Shown: positions 24,655 to 38,736 of the stretch, one piece after another
How the letters are laid out: every line of letters starts with the position of its first letter
How positions within the stretch are numbered: position 1 is the first letter of the stretch
Assembly (NCBI GenBank): GCA_964016885.1
Contig: OZ024744.1
Location: 38,502,001 to 38,566,000 of the forward strand
Origin: Eledone cirrhosa
Taxonomy: Eukaryota
Direction of reading: 5' to 3'
DNA: 64,000 nucleotides
Made by a program: the position numbers and the translations under genes
Notes under the pieces: model-generated
Database searches by the model: none
What the model saw: only the letters and a program-made list of their open reading frames with translations
Told to the model about the DNA's origin: nothing

Positions 24655-24951
24655 TGTTTCTACTTTTCGTACAAGGCCAGCAATTATCCCAGTGCATTAT
24701 TGGTATTTTATTTTATCGACCCTGTAAGGATGAAAGGCAAAGTTAATCTCGGCGGGATTTGAACTCAGACCGTAAAGGGACGTAACAAAATATTTTCTAG
24801 TATAGGCACAAGGCCAGTGATTTTGAGGGAGGGGAAAGTCGATTAAATCGACCCCAGTGCATGACTGATACTTTATTTTATAGACCTTGTAAGGATGAAA
24901 GGTAAAGTTCACCTCGGCGGGATTTGAACTCAGTCCGTAAAGGGACGTAAC
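24655..24951 (-). mobile_element. Two tandem 5'-truncated SINE S1 copies
   Basis: Both contain the core and B box, and both stop at GGGACGTAAC. Confidence 0.85.
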
Positions 24952-25184
24952 ATAATGACATCAGTTCGATCGATAATTAATTCCTGATACAAAACATTTA
25001 ACCTTTTATTTATTCTCTGTGTAATTGAATAAAGGAAAATCGACTCATACAGCTGACACAACGGCATATATTGTTTGCTGCTGAAAACCTTTTTATTATA
25101 TCTGGTTATTTTTACTCCAACATCAAACTGCTAGTAAATTTATTTATTTACTTATTGTTGTTTAACTCTCACTGATGTTTGTGT

Positions 25185-25296
25185 AGGTACGTGGCCTAAT
25201 TTTTGGAGCGTTGATCCCACGATCATATGGTCTTGAGTTAGATTTTGGACCGGACTGCACGTTGTGTTCTTAAGCAAAAGCCTTCATTTCACGTTG
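25185..25296 (+). mobile_element. Degenerate tRNA/CORE-like SINE fragment (related copy 56565-56632 on -)
   Basis: GTGGCCTA...GAGTTAGATT..GGACC..GCACGTTGTGTTCTTAAGCAA. Confidence 0.45.
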
Positions 25297-25790
25297 TATT
25301 TTAATGATAGGACTAGAACCCAAGAAACTTCCTACGAGATACAACCTTTTAGGAAGCTAGATAACCTTACATAGGTGTGAGGTATTTATTCCAATTTCAT
25401 TTCTCAATTGGACATCTTATCTCCACTAGCATATATCCATCTTTTTCAGTAGCGGGTTCGTTTCTAATATTGATATGGCCAAGCTATTGCCTCATCATCA
25501 CACACTAGGGGGCTGGGTGTTAGTATTAACCGTGCCCTGAAAGCTATGTTTCCCGCGAAGTCGCGGCCAAGTTATAGGAGAGGTGGAATTAGGACAATAC
25601 CATCTAGATCCGGAACTTTAAACTAACTCCACCATTCAACCACCCTTGGACTGATACTTTAGTTATCGACCTTAAAAAAAGAACGAGCAAAGTTAATATG
25701 TGGCAGTATTAAAATGCAGAAACCTAGAACAAATATTGTAAACTATTGTGTTTGACGGTCTGACGACTACCGATTATAACACACACACAC

Positions 25791-25828
<38 letters not shown>

Positions 25829-25847
25829 ACACATATATATATATCTG

Positions 25848-26009
25848 ATAGGGTGTGGTAAAAATAGCTAGACCATAACCCACTAGAGTACTCGATACTT
25901 GGTGTAGTAGAATGTGGGTAATATGAAAAGATTCAGGACCCCGACGGCTAGATCCTATCCTAGCTGTCGAAGCAGTCGGAACTCAGCCGTCGGGGTCCTG
26001 AATCTTTTC

Positions 26010-26013
<4 letters not shown>
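25848..26013 (-). mobile_element. Family F fold-back mini-element
   Basis: Arms 25921-25949/25985-26013; tail on the left; (TA)n flanks. Confidence 0.75.
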
Positions 26014-26044
<31 letters not shown>

Positions 26045-26055
26045 TATATACACAT

Positions 26056-26255
26056 ATAGGAAAGGAGTTAGAACCTCGACGGCAGAGTTCAAGCCGTCGA
26101 CAGCTATATTTCTGGAGTCCAGAAATAGCTGTCGTAATGGCTTGAGCTCTGCCGTCGAGGTTCTGACTCCTTTCCTATTACCCACTTTACCCCAAAGTAT
26201 CGAGTACTCTGGTGGGTTATGGTCCACCTGGTTCCTTACCACAATTCCTTCGTTA
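26056..26255 (+). mobile_element. Family F fold-back mini-element
   Basis: ~60-bp arms over 26056-26178; tail on the right; (TA)n flanks. Confidence 0.78.
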
Positions 26256-26753
26256 TATATATATATATATATATATATAATCCAGGACCTGCTAGTGATG
26301 GTTTGCCAGATAGGACGCAGGGAGCCAGAACCGATACCATAGTCCAACAGTACACCTTTAAGCGACACACTTTTGCTGTTTATGCAACAAAGCAAATACA
26401 GTCCCAACTTCACGAAGAACTTTAACCCCCCTCCCTACACACACAGCTATAGAAAGCCTCTAGAATCTATATAGTCACACGACATGCAAGACATAGCAAC
26501 CGAATTACCCTCAAAACCCTTACCCCCTGTCTTAAAACAAAAGAATACGTTCGATAATTTAGTCATAGAAAGACTCTCTCAAATAAGATCGGATGGCCAT
26601 GGCTGAAAAGCCTATAAGCATTTGGCCTGCTTCTTAAGGGCTTGCTTGTCTGGAACTATAAACAAGTATAATTTTATGCTGCCTCGATTCATGAATATTT
26701 TGAATGTCCGTCTATGTACACGTCAGTGTATGTTTATTTATTAACATACTCTA

Positions 26754-26789
<36 letters not shown>

Positions 26790-27564
26790 TTGCGCGTGTC
26801 CTGTGTGTGTGTGTGTGTGTGTAATATGAGTGTAATATGTATATAATATGTATATGCGCATATTTCGTACGTGTGCGTGGTGTATTTTGTAATTTATATA
26901 TACTGTAAATATATTCATGGACACGCGCGTGTGTGTTTATTATGAATAGCTATCACTGTTGACATAGATATACGTAAGGTACAAGCAAGCATACACTTTG
27001 TCATTGTACATCACACATTTTCTACTTCAGGTATTTGCACATGCGTACACAGATAGCTGATGTGAGCGCGCGAATCTAAGTAACAATGAGTGTCTACTGC
27101 ACAAATTAGTAGCAGTAATAGTTTTAGCAGCAGCAACAACCGCATTAGTGGTGGTGGTTGTTTAGCCCCAGATCATACTTATGATAGAAAAGCATTCCAT
27201 TTCAGCCGTAACCGTCTTGTCACTTTACTCGGTGTCTAAATCTACGTTACCTAACGTGTCCTTCATTGAAGAGTGTAGATACGGCGTGATTTGAGAGAGA
27301 TTTGGCTGCAATTCTAGCACATATATTGACCATGTAGTGACCCCTTTTCTTTTACCTAGGACAGAAACGGTGTGATTCCTGTGATAGGTTGACGTAATAT
27401 CAAAATATCAAATAACAGGTAACATAAGATTTAGTAGTGGACGTAATATTAAACTTAGGCAGGTAACGCAAAGTTTAGTAGTATGAGCAATAACAGGAGA
27501 AACCGAAGAAATACTAATGATGGTTGCAGATACCCATGTGAAAATATTATTTACAACTTATAGG

Positions 27565-27764
27565 NNNNNNNNNNNNNNNNNNNNNNNNNNNNNNNNNNNN
27601 NNNNNNNNNNNNNNNNNNNNNNNNNNNNNNNNNNNNNNNNNNNNNNNNNNNNNNNNNNNNNNNNNNNNNNNNNNNNNNNNNNNNNNNNNNNNNNNNNNNN
27701 NNNNNNNNNNNNNNNNNNNNNNNNNNNNNNNNNNNNNNNNNNNNNNNNNNNNNNNNNNNNNNNN
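27565..27764. other. Assembly gap (200 N)
   Basis: Direct sequence. Confidence 1.
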
Positions 27765-28140
27765 TTTGAGAAGCATGGTGATTGTGCCCTTCTCCAATTC
27801 AAGTTTGTGTGGCAGCGTACAGGATTTTTTGTCTATATTAATTAATAGACATACATCTTTAGCTGTAAAAGCCAGTGTGTCAAGTTGACTGCTTTCAAAT
27901 GCATTCTCCATCAGGCCGATATCGTCTGCATATTCAAAGTCACCAACCCCTAAACTTCAATAGCTACCTCTATTTCAGCCTCAGTGTTAATGTTGAGATC
28001 ATGTTCAACGGGGAGAATTTCTTTACTAGCTATAACAGGTGGTGCATTTAAGAGATTCGAAAGATATTCCGTTTGCCACTCTATTCTGTATCATATTACG
28101 TTAGTACTGCTGTTAATTAAATCTAGCCTGTCAAGTCCGC
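27765..28140 (-). mobile_element. Degraded LINE RT fragment (RTE-like)
   Basis: Minus strand encodes DFEYADDIGL...LLINIDK. Confidence 0.55.
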
Positions 28141-28144
28141 GCTA

Positions 28145-28807
28145 TCTATCTATATATTACTAAAATTCTGTGATTGATTGCTTGCTTTGTTGTCTGTAAT
28201 TTAATGCGAAAAGGGCGCATAATGGGAAAATACTTTGAAAGGAAGTTGACCCTAAAATGGGAATACGAATTGAATAAAGCAAGTTTCGCGTAAATCGAAG
28301 CACGGGTTTCCGAGATATGGGGTTTCCTGGGTACCTTCATAAACAGAGAGAGAGAGAGAAAAGTATAGAGAGAAAAAGATAGCGGTTGTGAGAGAGTAAA
28401 TTGAAAGAGAGACATAGAGAGAGGGAATGGAAACAAAGACGGAGAATGGAAGAGAGAGAGAGCGAGAGAGCTGATGGTGTTGTTGTGTATATATATATAA
28501 GTGTGTGCGTATATATATATACGTGTGTGTATATTTTTGTGTGTCTATGACCAGTGTATATAGATCACAGACACCCACACACACATATATACATACACAC
28601 GCACACATACATATATATGTATACACACACACATTTATTTATATACATACTACACACACGTATATATATTTATTGGCCTTCCAGTTTAATTTCACATTAT
28701 ATACATGTCTCTGTATATCTTAATTATTTAAAAATTATTTTTACGTAAACATGATTTTTTTTTAATGTTTGTAGTGAACGTGACCCGACGGGTAACGGGT
28801 GGTCTAG
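28145..28807 (+). mobile_element. Non-autonomous Helitron-like element carrying GA/CA microsatellites
   Basis: A|TCTATCTATATATT 5' end; 3' hairpin ACCCG-ACGGGTAA-CGGGT then CTAG|T; no TSD. Confidence 0.6.
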
Positions 28808-28875
28808 TATCTATATAAACAAATGAATTCGCACACACAAACAACATGAAAGACGCAAAGACAAGAACGTGTAAA

Positions 28876-29048
<173 letters not shown>

Positions 29049-29177
29049 GCAACAATGCAGGTCAAATTAGTTGAAAACACGAAAAATCTTAGTTCTTATT
29101 AATTTGATTTAATGTTAATAGTCGTCAACGCACAAACTACCTTTTATAAGAATATATATATATATACATACACACAT

Positions 29178-29241
<64 letters not shown>

Positions 29242-29772
29242 TATATATAGGGAGGGGGTGTAGTTTTGTTTCATTAACAATTGTTCTGGAACGTCGAACA
29301 AGTATTTGTTTTTGTTTATGTTTTGTCTTTGTTGGTATGAAGATCAAACAAAACAAACATTTCCAACTATCGACTGGACCATAAACAACATAACAACTGC
29401 TGCTGAAATAAGAGAAATATATACGATATCATATATATATATATATATAAAGGCAAAGTTCAAAGAAACTTTTCTTTTTTACTTTTGTCTTCTGTTCATA
29501 AGTTAGTCATTTCTTCCTTTTGATTTATTGTAAATATATGTTAAGTTGTAGATATGTATATATGTATGTATATCTTTTCCTGAGTCCAACCATTTCGTTG
29601 CTATGGCAATGCGGCTGGACTGCCGATCGCTATATTTGTTTTGCAAAGCTGTCTAAACGTCTTGTTATTACTCTAGGTATTATTCTCTATCGAGTGCTAG
29701 AGCTAAATTCCGAATTTGCAATCGTTAGCTTAGCCGCAGCCTAAAGCTTCGTTAATGCTGTACTAAAATTTG

Positions 29773-30603
<831 letters not shown>

Positions 30604-30971
30604 AATTAGTATATCTACCAACATATGTATACAGATGCATACCTATGCTAGAAAATATATAGGTTTTGTCTTAGTAACTTTGTAGTTCAATGCAAAGGGA
30701 TGCAGAACAATTATATGAAAGATGTAAAATAAGAGAATTATGAAAATCAACTTACTTACTAAAATTTCATATATATACATATATATATATATATGTATAT
30801 TTATATATATATGTATATTTATATATATATATATACACCTATATATATGTATATATATATAGGCACCCGTTTTACGTGTGTTGTGTTGAAGCAAATAACT
30901 ATGTGTATACTCTTTGAATGTATCTTACATTGCCCATGGAGTACGCTGAGATACAACCGGTACTGGCATTG

Positions 30972-31157
<186 letters not shown>

Positions 31158-32880
31158 AATTTTCCTCAAGACGAAGCAAAACCCGCAAACTTCGGTGGGA
31201 GATTACAGTTAGACATTAATTAAGGGTTAGATTTCACCAACTGCTTTTGCTTCACCATGGCAGAAAATTATAGATGCACATATGCACGGACACGCATGCT
31301 CACACACACAAACACACATATATATATATATGTGTGTGTGTGTTTGTGTGTTGTGTGTTGTGTGTGTGTGTTTATTTATGTATGTGTGTGTGTGTGTCTG
31401 TGTGTCTTTGTGTTTATGTCTTGTAACTTATTGTTTCGACAAAATGACCTCGGTAGAATAAGTACTAGGCTTGAAAAATTAAGTACAGGTGTCGATATAA
31501 CATTTTCATTGGGTTGATTTGAGTGATCCACTGGATGTTTAAGCAATGTTATTAGATGTAAAATCGAGGAAGCGTGTACATGTTCGCTGAAAATCGTACC
31601 TAATCCCTTTTACATTACACTCTTACATTTCCTCAAAAGAAAGCATTGATTTATATGTAGTCTGTGGTATTTTATATGTATGATAGATGGGATAGTCTTG
31701 GATGGAATGTCTTTGATCTTTGACCACGTTATGAATAAAGATCAAAGGCTTTGATCATTATTAAACAACAACAGCTGTCTTGTTATTTATTCCCTGATTG
31801 AACTATGCCGATAATGAACCAATATTTTAAAGAAATACAGCTGAAATGAACCAATTTACATCTTTATACAAAGCCGAATTATTCCGAAACTCTCAGTATT
31901 CATATAAAAAGATTTATGTACAAAAATTAGTTTTAAGGTAATTAGTGTTTCGACAAAGTAATAACCAGTAGATTTTAGTATCGATTTCTCAATTGTTGTA
32001 ATTTAGGAGGATATTGAGGTTGATAAGTTCGAAGATATATTTCGGGCATAAATGTTCATAATGATTCATAATGCTTTCTTAATTATGAGTGTCATTGATA
32101 TATGTGTGTTGTTCTGCGTCAATATATGCGCATGTGTTTGTCTAAATTTGAAATATTCTCAACGCTACAATCTTATTATAATTCTGCTAGTGTTTCCGTT
32201 CATTCGCAACGTACGTTACGCTTTAGTTACCGGCACACATATCTACATGTAAATACATAAACTGATACTGAGAGAACAGAAGCGCAAACACACACACACA
32301 CATCTACTCATACATATTCATAAATAGACATATAATAAAAACAATAATTATCACATACACACACATCTATGTAATGATTGAAGAAGTCAGGGACTGGTGA
32401 AACGCTATAGCGATGACCATTCCAAGATTGTGTGAGTGTATGTATGCGTTTGTGTGAGTGTATGTGTGCGTTTATGTGAGTGTGTGTGTGTGTTTTGTGG
32501 GAGTATGTGTGTTTGCGCGTTTATATTTATATACTCATACATATAACTGTATACATACGCATATACACATACACACATACATAATTGTAATGTGTGTGTG
32601 TATATGTGTACAGAGACGTGAGGAAATGACTGAAGAAAAGAGACATATCGTTTTAGACTAAGCTAGACTAAGACAACAGAAGAGATAATATACAGGCAAA
32701 CGTCTCTAGCTCCTCTTAATATTTTACTCCGTGGAATTTCCACGGGTCCCGTTAGTGAATAATGATTATAATAGGCGGCGAATTGAAAAATCTAGTAAGA
32801 TCTTATGTGCTTCCCGCTATTTATTCCGGCTCTTTGCGATCTGCGTTCAAATCCTGCCGAGATCAAATTTACTTTTTATC

Positions 32881-32928
<48 letters not shown>

Positions 32929-33291
32929 GTCTGTGGAAGAAATCGGCTGTTGTCAAATCTGGAGAGGTATGGGCACCACTAGGTTTTAAAAACATCCCAA
33001 ACTCGCCGTATGACAAGGCTTCTACAACTCCATAACGAGATATAGTATCAGGGATCTGGATGGAATCATGTGGATGTATCTTCTGTTTCTCTCTGACTGC
33101 GTGGAAATATATCTTGGTAACTTGGAGGTCTCAGTTCCGATTCAAAGTGCTAGATGCCAACTTAATCAGCAGGGACTGTGGCCATATTGTACGCCATAGT
33201 AGTTACCTACATATCCTGCGCTCCATTTAAGGTGTGGATGCAACAGATTTGTCGTGGAAGACGAATTTCAATTACTATTTGATTATATAAA

Positions 33292-33490
33292 AGGCGGTAG
33301 ATTGGCAACTGCGGCACATAGTTACGGCCCTTTGTGTTCTGAGTTCAAATATCGCCGAGATTAACTTTGTCTATCATCCTTAGAGGATCATTTAAATAAA
33401 GTACCAATAATGTACTGGTGATTCAACCGATTTTCCCTTTCCCTTCAAATTTCTGTTCCCGACTTGTGCTTAAATTAGTAACCAATATTC
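33292..33490 (+). mobile_element. Old SINE S1
   Basis: GGCGGTAGATTGGCA...GAGTTCAAAT...core...tail. Confidence 0.7.
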
Positions 33491-35328
33491 GTAGTTGATG
33501 TTGAATCAGAATTGTCTTAAATGATCGGCTCAAGAATGTTAACATTCTATAGAAAGTAGTTAGTCGGTAAATTAGACCTTCAGTAAATTAGTGGCAAGGA
33601 CTAATTTTCCGGAGACGTCTTCTGCAAGAAAAGCACATGTTTAAGTAGAAATTAAAATACTTAATGTTATAAGGAGGAATAAAATTACAATAAATTAAAA
33701 TGACCCGATAATAAAAAGAAGCCATTAGCATTATTCTTGTTCACGACAAAGGTGGCCGTTCCGAAATTTAAAAGATGAAGTGGGGATGCACTCAGTAGAG
33801 ACTGAATCTGATTTTGCTAAGTGCAGTGATAACTCCGGATAGGTTTCAGTCATACTAGACCAGCTTAGCAAGGCATAGACGTAATCCTACTTACCAGGGC
33901 CTTGAATGGCAATAAAATTATATATAGTATTTCTTTCATTGAAGAATCATTCCCTGATTAAGCATTTGAAAAATGTGAGGTGGGAAAATTTTCCAAGTAT
34001 GCCCCCTGCATGCAGAACATATATAACTTGAGGTAGTAAAGAAAAAATAATATTCAATTAAACTTTCTCCCATAATGGAAAGAAAAAATATTTAGGGTTA
34101 ATAATAATTATTGAACTATTAAAGGGAAACAACTGTGAGTTTCAAATTGATTAAAATTTGAATATTGACATGCAATGGTAACTGACTAATAAGCTATAAA
34201 CAAATATAGGGAATCACGTCCATACATATTTAGTATCACACTCTGACGAATTATGCACACGGAGGTAGCGGGCATTTCAGCTTCTTGGGACAATGATCGA
34301 ATCGATTTGCTTGTTGTTTAACAATTCATCAATGCTTATTCATATCTCGTTGCTAAACTGTCGATCTAATGTTCGACTCTTGTCCTAAGTCGCCGAAAAA
34401 GTCACCGTAGGTCTAATTTTCAAGGAAAACTAAAAGTGAATGGAGGTGAGCCTGTATAATTGTATATTGTTAACACATGTAATTGGTACTTTATTAAATA
34501 TTTATTTAGTCAGTTTATTACTTGGTTAGTCCATCAGTTAACTAATTAACTAATTAATCAATCAATTGATTAATTAATTAGATAATTGGTTAATTACTAA
34601 GGCGTTACTTTTCAATCAGATAGTTAGTCATTTAGTTAGTCACCCTCACCACAAATTCTACCACAAATATACCACCCCCGCACACACGTAAAAATCACTT
34701 CCAATGAAGAAGCCATTACCTGGTCACCTGAACTGCTAGAGAAAAAAAACAGTGAAACTTTCTCGCTTTAGGCACAGCATTCTTGAAAATTGATTGAACG
34801 TCGGATAGAATGTTCTATGGTATTCGTTCTGTCTCTCAGCTGTCTGAGTTCAAATCTCGCCGAGGTCAACTTTGCCTTTCATCCTTTCGAGGTCAATAAA
34901 AAAAAAGAACCAGTTTAGTACTGGGGTCGATTCTTCTTCTATATCTCTTTCCCATTTCCTCTCTCTCAATTTATATCTTTCTCTGAAAGAAATCTGTTGT
35001 ACTCAGACCTGGAGAGGGATGGGCTCCGCCAGGCTTAAAATGCCCAGGAAGCGGTGTATGTCAATATGGCGGTCCTACGACTCTATCGGGAGTTACGGGA
35101 CCATATATACTGTTCTAAATACAAAATGCTCGAAAAAGCCGAAGGGGAAATAACTGGAGTACCTTTGAATATAGTGCTCATCAACAACATCATCCAGGAT
35201 TAACCCCTCTTACTACAACCACTAACCCTGCAAATTCCATAAAGTTAAATACCAACAATTACATTACCCACATTACTTCCAATACTAACAAAACTACCAA
35301 CACTAGCAACGATCTTCGCAGCTAAATA

Positions 35329-35519
35329 CGAGGGTAGGCTGAAAATTTAATAGCTGGCTATGAAGGAGTGATGCTAGAGCTGCGAAATCTTGCATTCATT
35401 AATTTCATTCATTAATAACTGCATTGTTTCTTTCCTGTGACTATGTTGAAAAATAAACCTCATTTGCTCATTTCATGAGAGTATCTTGGTCAACCTATGA
35501 ACTCTTCAGCCGACTCACG
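35329..35519. mobile_element. Mariner-derived MITE
   Basis: TA|CGAGGGTAGGCTGAAAA...TCTTCAGCCGACTCACG|TA imperfect TIRs with TA TSD. Confidence 0.7.
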
Positions 35520-35704
35520 TATAACCAGGAAGGAAATACAAAAGTGATAAGAACTAAAATAGGTGACGTGGCATGTGATAGGATGGTAACTTAGAGAAGG
35601 ACTCTCAACCTTATCAATGTAAACAAAACAAACATAATAACTGAAATATAGACAAAAGTCAGAGACAATAGAAAAGAAATAATGCATTCATGTTGCTGGA
35701 GGCA

Positions 35705-36250
35705 ACACACACACACATACACACATACACACATCATACACACACATACACACACACACACATACACACACACATCACAAACACACACAAACATACACAC
35801 ATACACATACACACGCATCACACACGTCACACACACATAAACATACACACACACAAACATACACACACACATACACATACACACACACAAACACACACAC
35901 ATAAACACACATACACACACACGCGCATACGCATCAAACACACACACATACACACACACTCACATCAAACATACACAAAAATACACACACACACATACGC
36001 ATACACACACACACTCATATACACACATCACACACACAAACATACACACACATACACACATACACATACATACACACACACACTCATACACATCACACAC
36101 ATACGCATACACACACATACACACACATACACACAAATTACACACACACATATACACACACATCACACAGACATACACTCACACATCACACACACATACA
36201 CATAAACACACATACACACACACATACGCGTGCACACATACACATACACA
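35705..36250. repeat. Degenerate (CA)n microsatellite
   Basis: Direct sequence. Confidence 0.95.
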
Positions 36251-36328
36251 TAGATATCTCTTAGTTTTTCTTTGATTGTTTCCTTAAAGTTTCCACCATT
36301 CCGTTGGTATACATCTATTACGCAATTT

Positions 36329-36386
36329 ACACCTGATGAAGTCACCGGGTTCTTACGCAACCTGGCCACTGAAATGTGCATAGTGT
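36329..36386 (+). ncRNA. Minimal type I hammerhead ribozyme motif
   Basis: ACAC-CTGATGA-AGT..CCGGGTT CTTACGC AACCTGG..ACT-GAAA-T GTGC A-TA/GTGT. Confidence 0.72.
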
Positions 36387-36799
36387 TTACAGTAATAAAC
36401 AATTAAGGAAATTCAACATATTTGCCCTCCTGTCATTTCACTTTATAATATATATATATGTAGCGAAATTTGTCCACACCTTGACCCCTGGGTGACACTT
36501 AACGGTTAAATACTGGGTTACCTCCCTTTTAGCGTAAATAAGTTGATGCGAGGCAGGGAACAGAGGAAGCGACATATATAAATAGCCTGTCTTAGACCAA
36601 GCAAAAAGCAGTTCGGAGCAGTTCCTGATTGAGTAACGATTTAAAACATTTGCTTTCTACAGGCTCCTTGGAGTCTACAAATTATTACTCTCTACCCGCG
36701 TCCTACAGGCCCCTCACCTTCTCTGGTCACTGGGCTGTGACTACTACCTTGCTGCTGCTACTAACGAACGATCTCTTACCAGAAACTATTTCAACATAA

Positions 36800-37180
36800 C
36801 CAAATAACAGTAAAAACATCAAATTTTATGATTTGTAGTAATCTTATTCTTTGTTCATTTATTCATTTCTAACAACATTTACTTTGTAGGGTTAATAAGC
36901 CGAATAGAGGGGTTGTTCGGGAAATTGGATTTGTGAGCCTTCAGGGTAAAGTGGGGGAGAAATAGGGTCGAGAGGTTCAGTCCGGTTCAGGATTTTGAGA
37001 TCAGAGGTGATTTTAAACCCAGCATCGTTGATGTCATTAATGACACTCCGGTTAGTTTTACGGTAATCCTTAGTTACAGCATTATGTAACAGTTGATGGT
37101 AAGTACTGCGCTCCACTTGATATAGATTGCCAGTTTTATCGGAGTGGACGTGCGCGGCATTAGAATCCTTAACATATAGA
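36800..37180 (-). mobile_element. Penelope-like RT N-terminal fragment
   Basis: SDKTGNLY and (after a frameshift) LKAHKSNFPNNPSIRLINP motifs. Confidence 0.6.
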
Positions 37181-37660
37181 TTTTTTTTTATATATATTTT
37201 TATGTGTGCTTGTATTTGCATAGCCATTGCGGGTGTTTCCGCGTATGCATGCGTATGTACGTATATGGATGCATGCATGTATATATTTAATTTTTGTTGA
37301 TTTGAATTACCTCCGTAATTTATTTACATTATTCTTAACTCTGAAGCCGAGAATCATTCCTAAATAGAATTTTCCTAAATAGTATTTTAGTCTACAACTT
37401 CAGTTATGCCATAAACGTGGTTTTGTCTTTGCGTGTAATTGATCTCAGCGCTACAAATAATGACGTATTATCTTCGTTTTTTTCCGTTCTTTGCCAGGGA
37501 ACGTTTCCACCAACCAAAGTATCGTCTTCCTGTCTTCCTTCGGTTGCAACTTTTTTTCGGAATTTATTTCTGCGTTCACAAATTGACTTTGTTAGTTTCA
37601 GAAGATCCCGTTAAGGGTGAAAGCAGCGATTCTTTGCTTAAACTTTAATCTTTTATTTTA

Positions 37661-37701
<41 letters not shown>

Positions 37702-37744
37702 ATATATATATATATACATATACATATATGTATATATATATATT

Positions 37745-38706
37745 CTATAGAAATAGTGGACACCTTCCGTTACTTGGGTGACAAAATCACCAGTGGTGGA
37801 GGGTGCTCTGAAAGTACAGTAGCTAGAGTCAGAACTGGATGGAAAAAGTTCAGAGAGCTTATACCACTATTAGCTGCTAAAGGGTTCTCTCTAAAAATGA
37901 AAGGCAGGCTGTATGATGCCTGCATACGAACAGCAATGTTACATGGCAGTGAGACCTGGGCATTGTGTGCAGAGGATATACGCAGACTGGAGAGGAACGA
38001 AGCTTGCATGCTCCGCTGGATGTGTAATACGTGAACGGCAAAGCATAAACGAACTAAGTGAAAAATTAGAAATAAGAGGGATCAGATGTTGTTTACTCGA
38101 GAGAAGACTACGTTGGTATGGTCACGTGATGCACATGAAAGACGACAGCTGTATAAAAAAGTGCAGGGCAATAAAAATAGACGGTAGCCACGGAGTAGGC
38201 AGACCCAGAAAAATCTTGGACGACTTGATAAATTCCGACCTCACACACTTACACCTCTCCAAGACAATGTCACTGGACCGAGATCTTTGGCGCTACACAG
38301 TAAACAGAAGCCCCGCCTTACCTAAGTACAAAATGAAACCTACTACAGTCAGTAGGCACCTCTAACAAAATACACCCCGTCCCACTACCCCCACCCCATC
38401 CACACCACCCCTTTCAATGTAAAGTTATGTTGGTACCACAACATCCAGGTCGAAATAAATGAGGTCGTGTAGGTGTCACGACAAAAAAAAACACACAGTC
38501 CACGCTGTAATGTGGCCGTATAGGTAAAAACCTCCCAGTCCACAGTGTAAACGTGGTTGGTGTTAGGAAGGGCATCCAGCTGTAGAAAACCTGCCAGACA
38601 GTCCTATGCGAGCGAGACAACCACTCTTGCCTCAAGTGGGAAAACTCCCGTCCAAACCCATGCAAGCGTGGAAGATGGACGTTAAACGATGATGATGATG
38701 ATGATT
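37745..38706 (+). mobile_element. RTE-clade LINE 3' fragment
   Basis: FRYLG, HGSETW, RRLRWYGHV, GRPRK; ends GGACGTTAAAC-(GAT)n. Confidence 0.8.
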
Positions 38707-38736
38707 ATATATATATATAATCTTTCTTTTTTAGCC

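Noticed and set aside
27517-27911. ORFs spanning the N run
   Set aside because: Artefacts of the assembly gap
36459-36796. Possible solo LTR (TGTAG...CTACA, TATA-like box)
   Set aside because: No matching TSD at any candidate right end, and no PBS/PPT or second copy in the window
37605-37640. CAGAAGA-TCCC GTTAA GGGT-GAAA hammerhead-like string
   Set aside because: Core substitution and no stem I or stem III pairing
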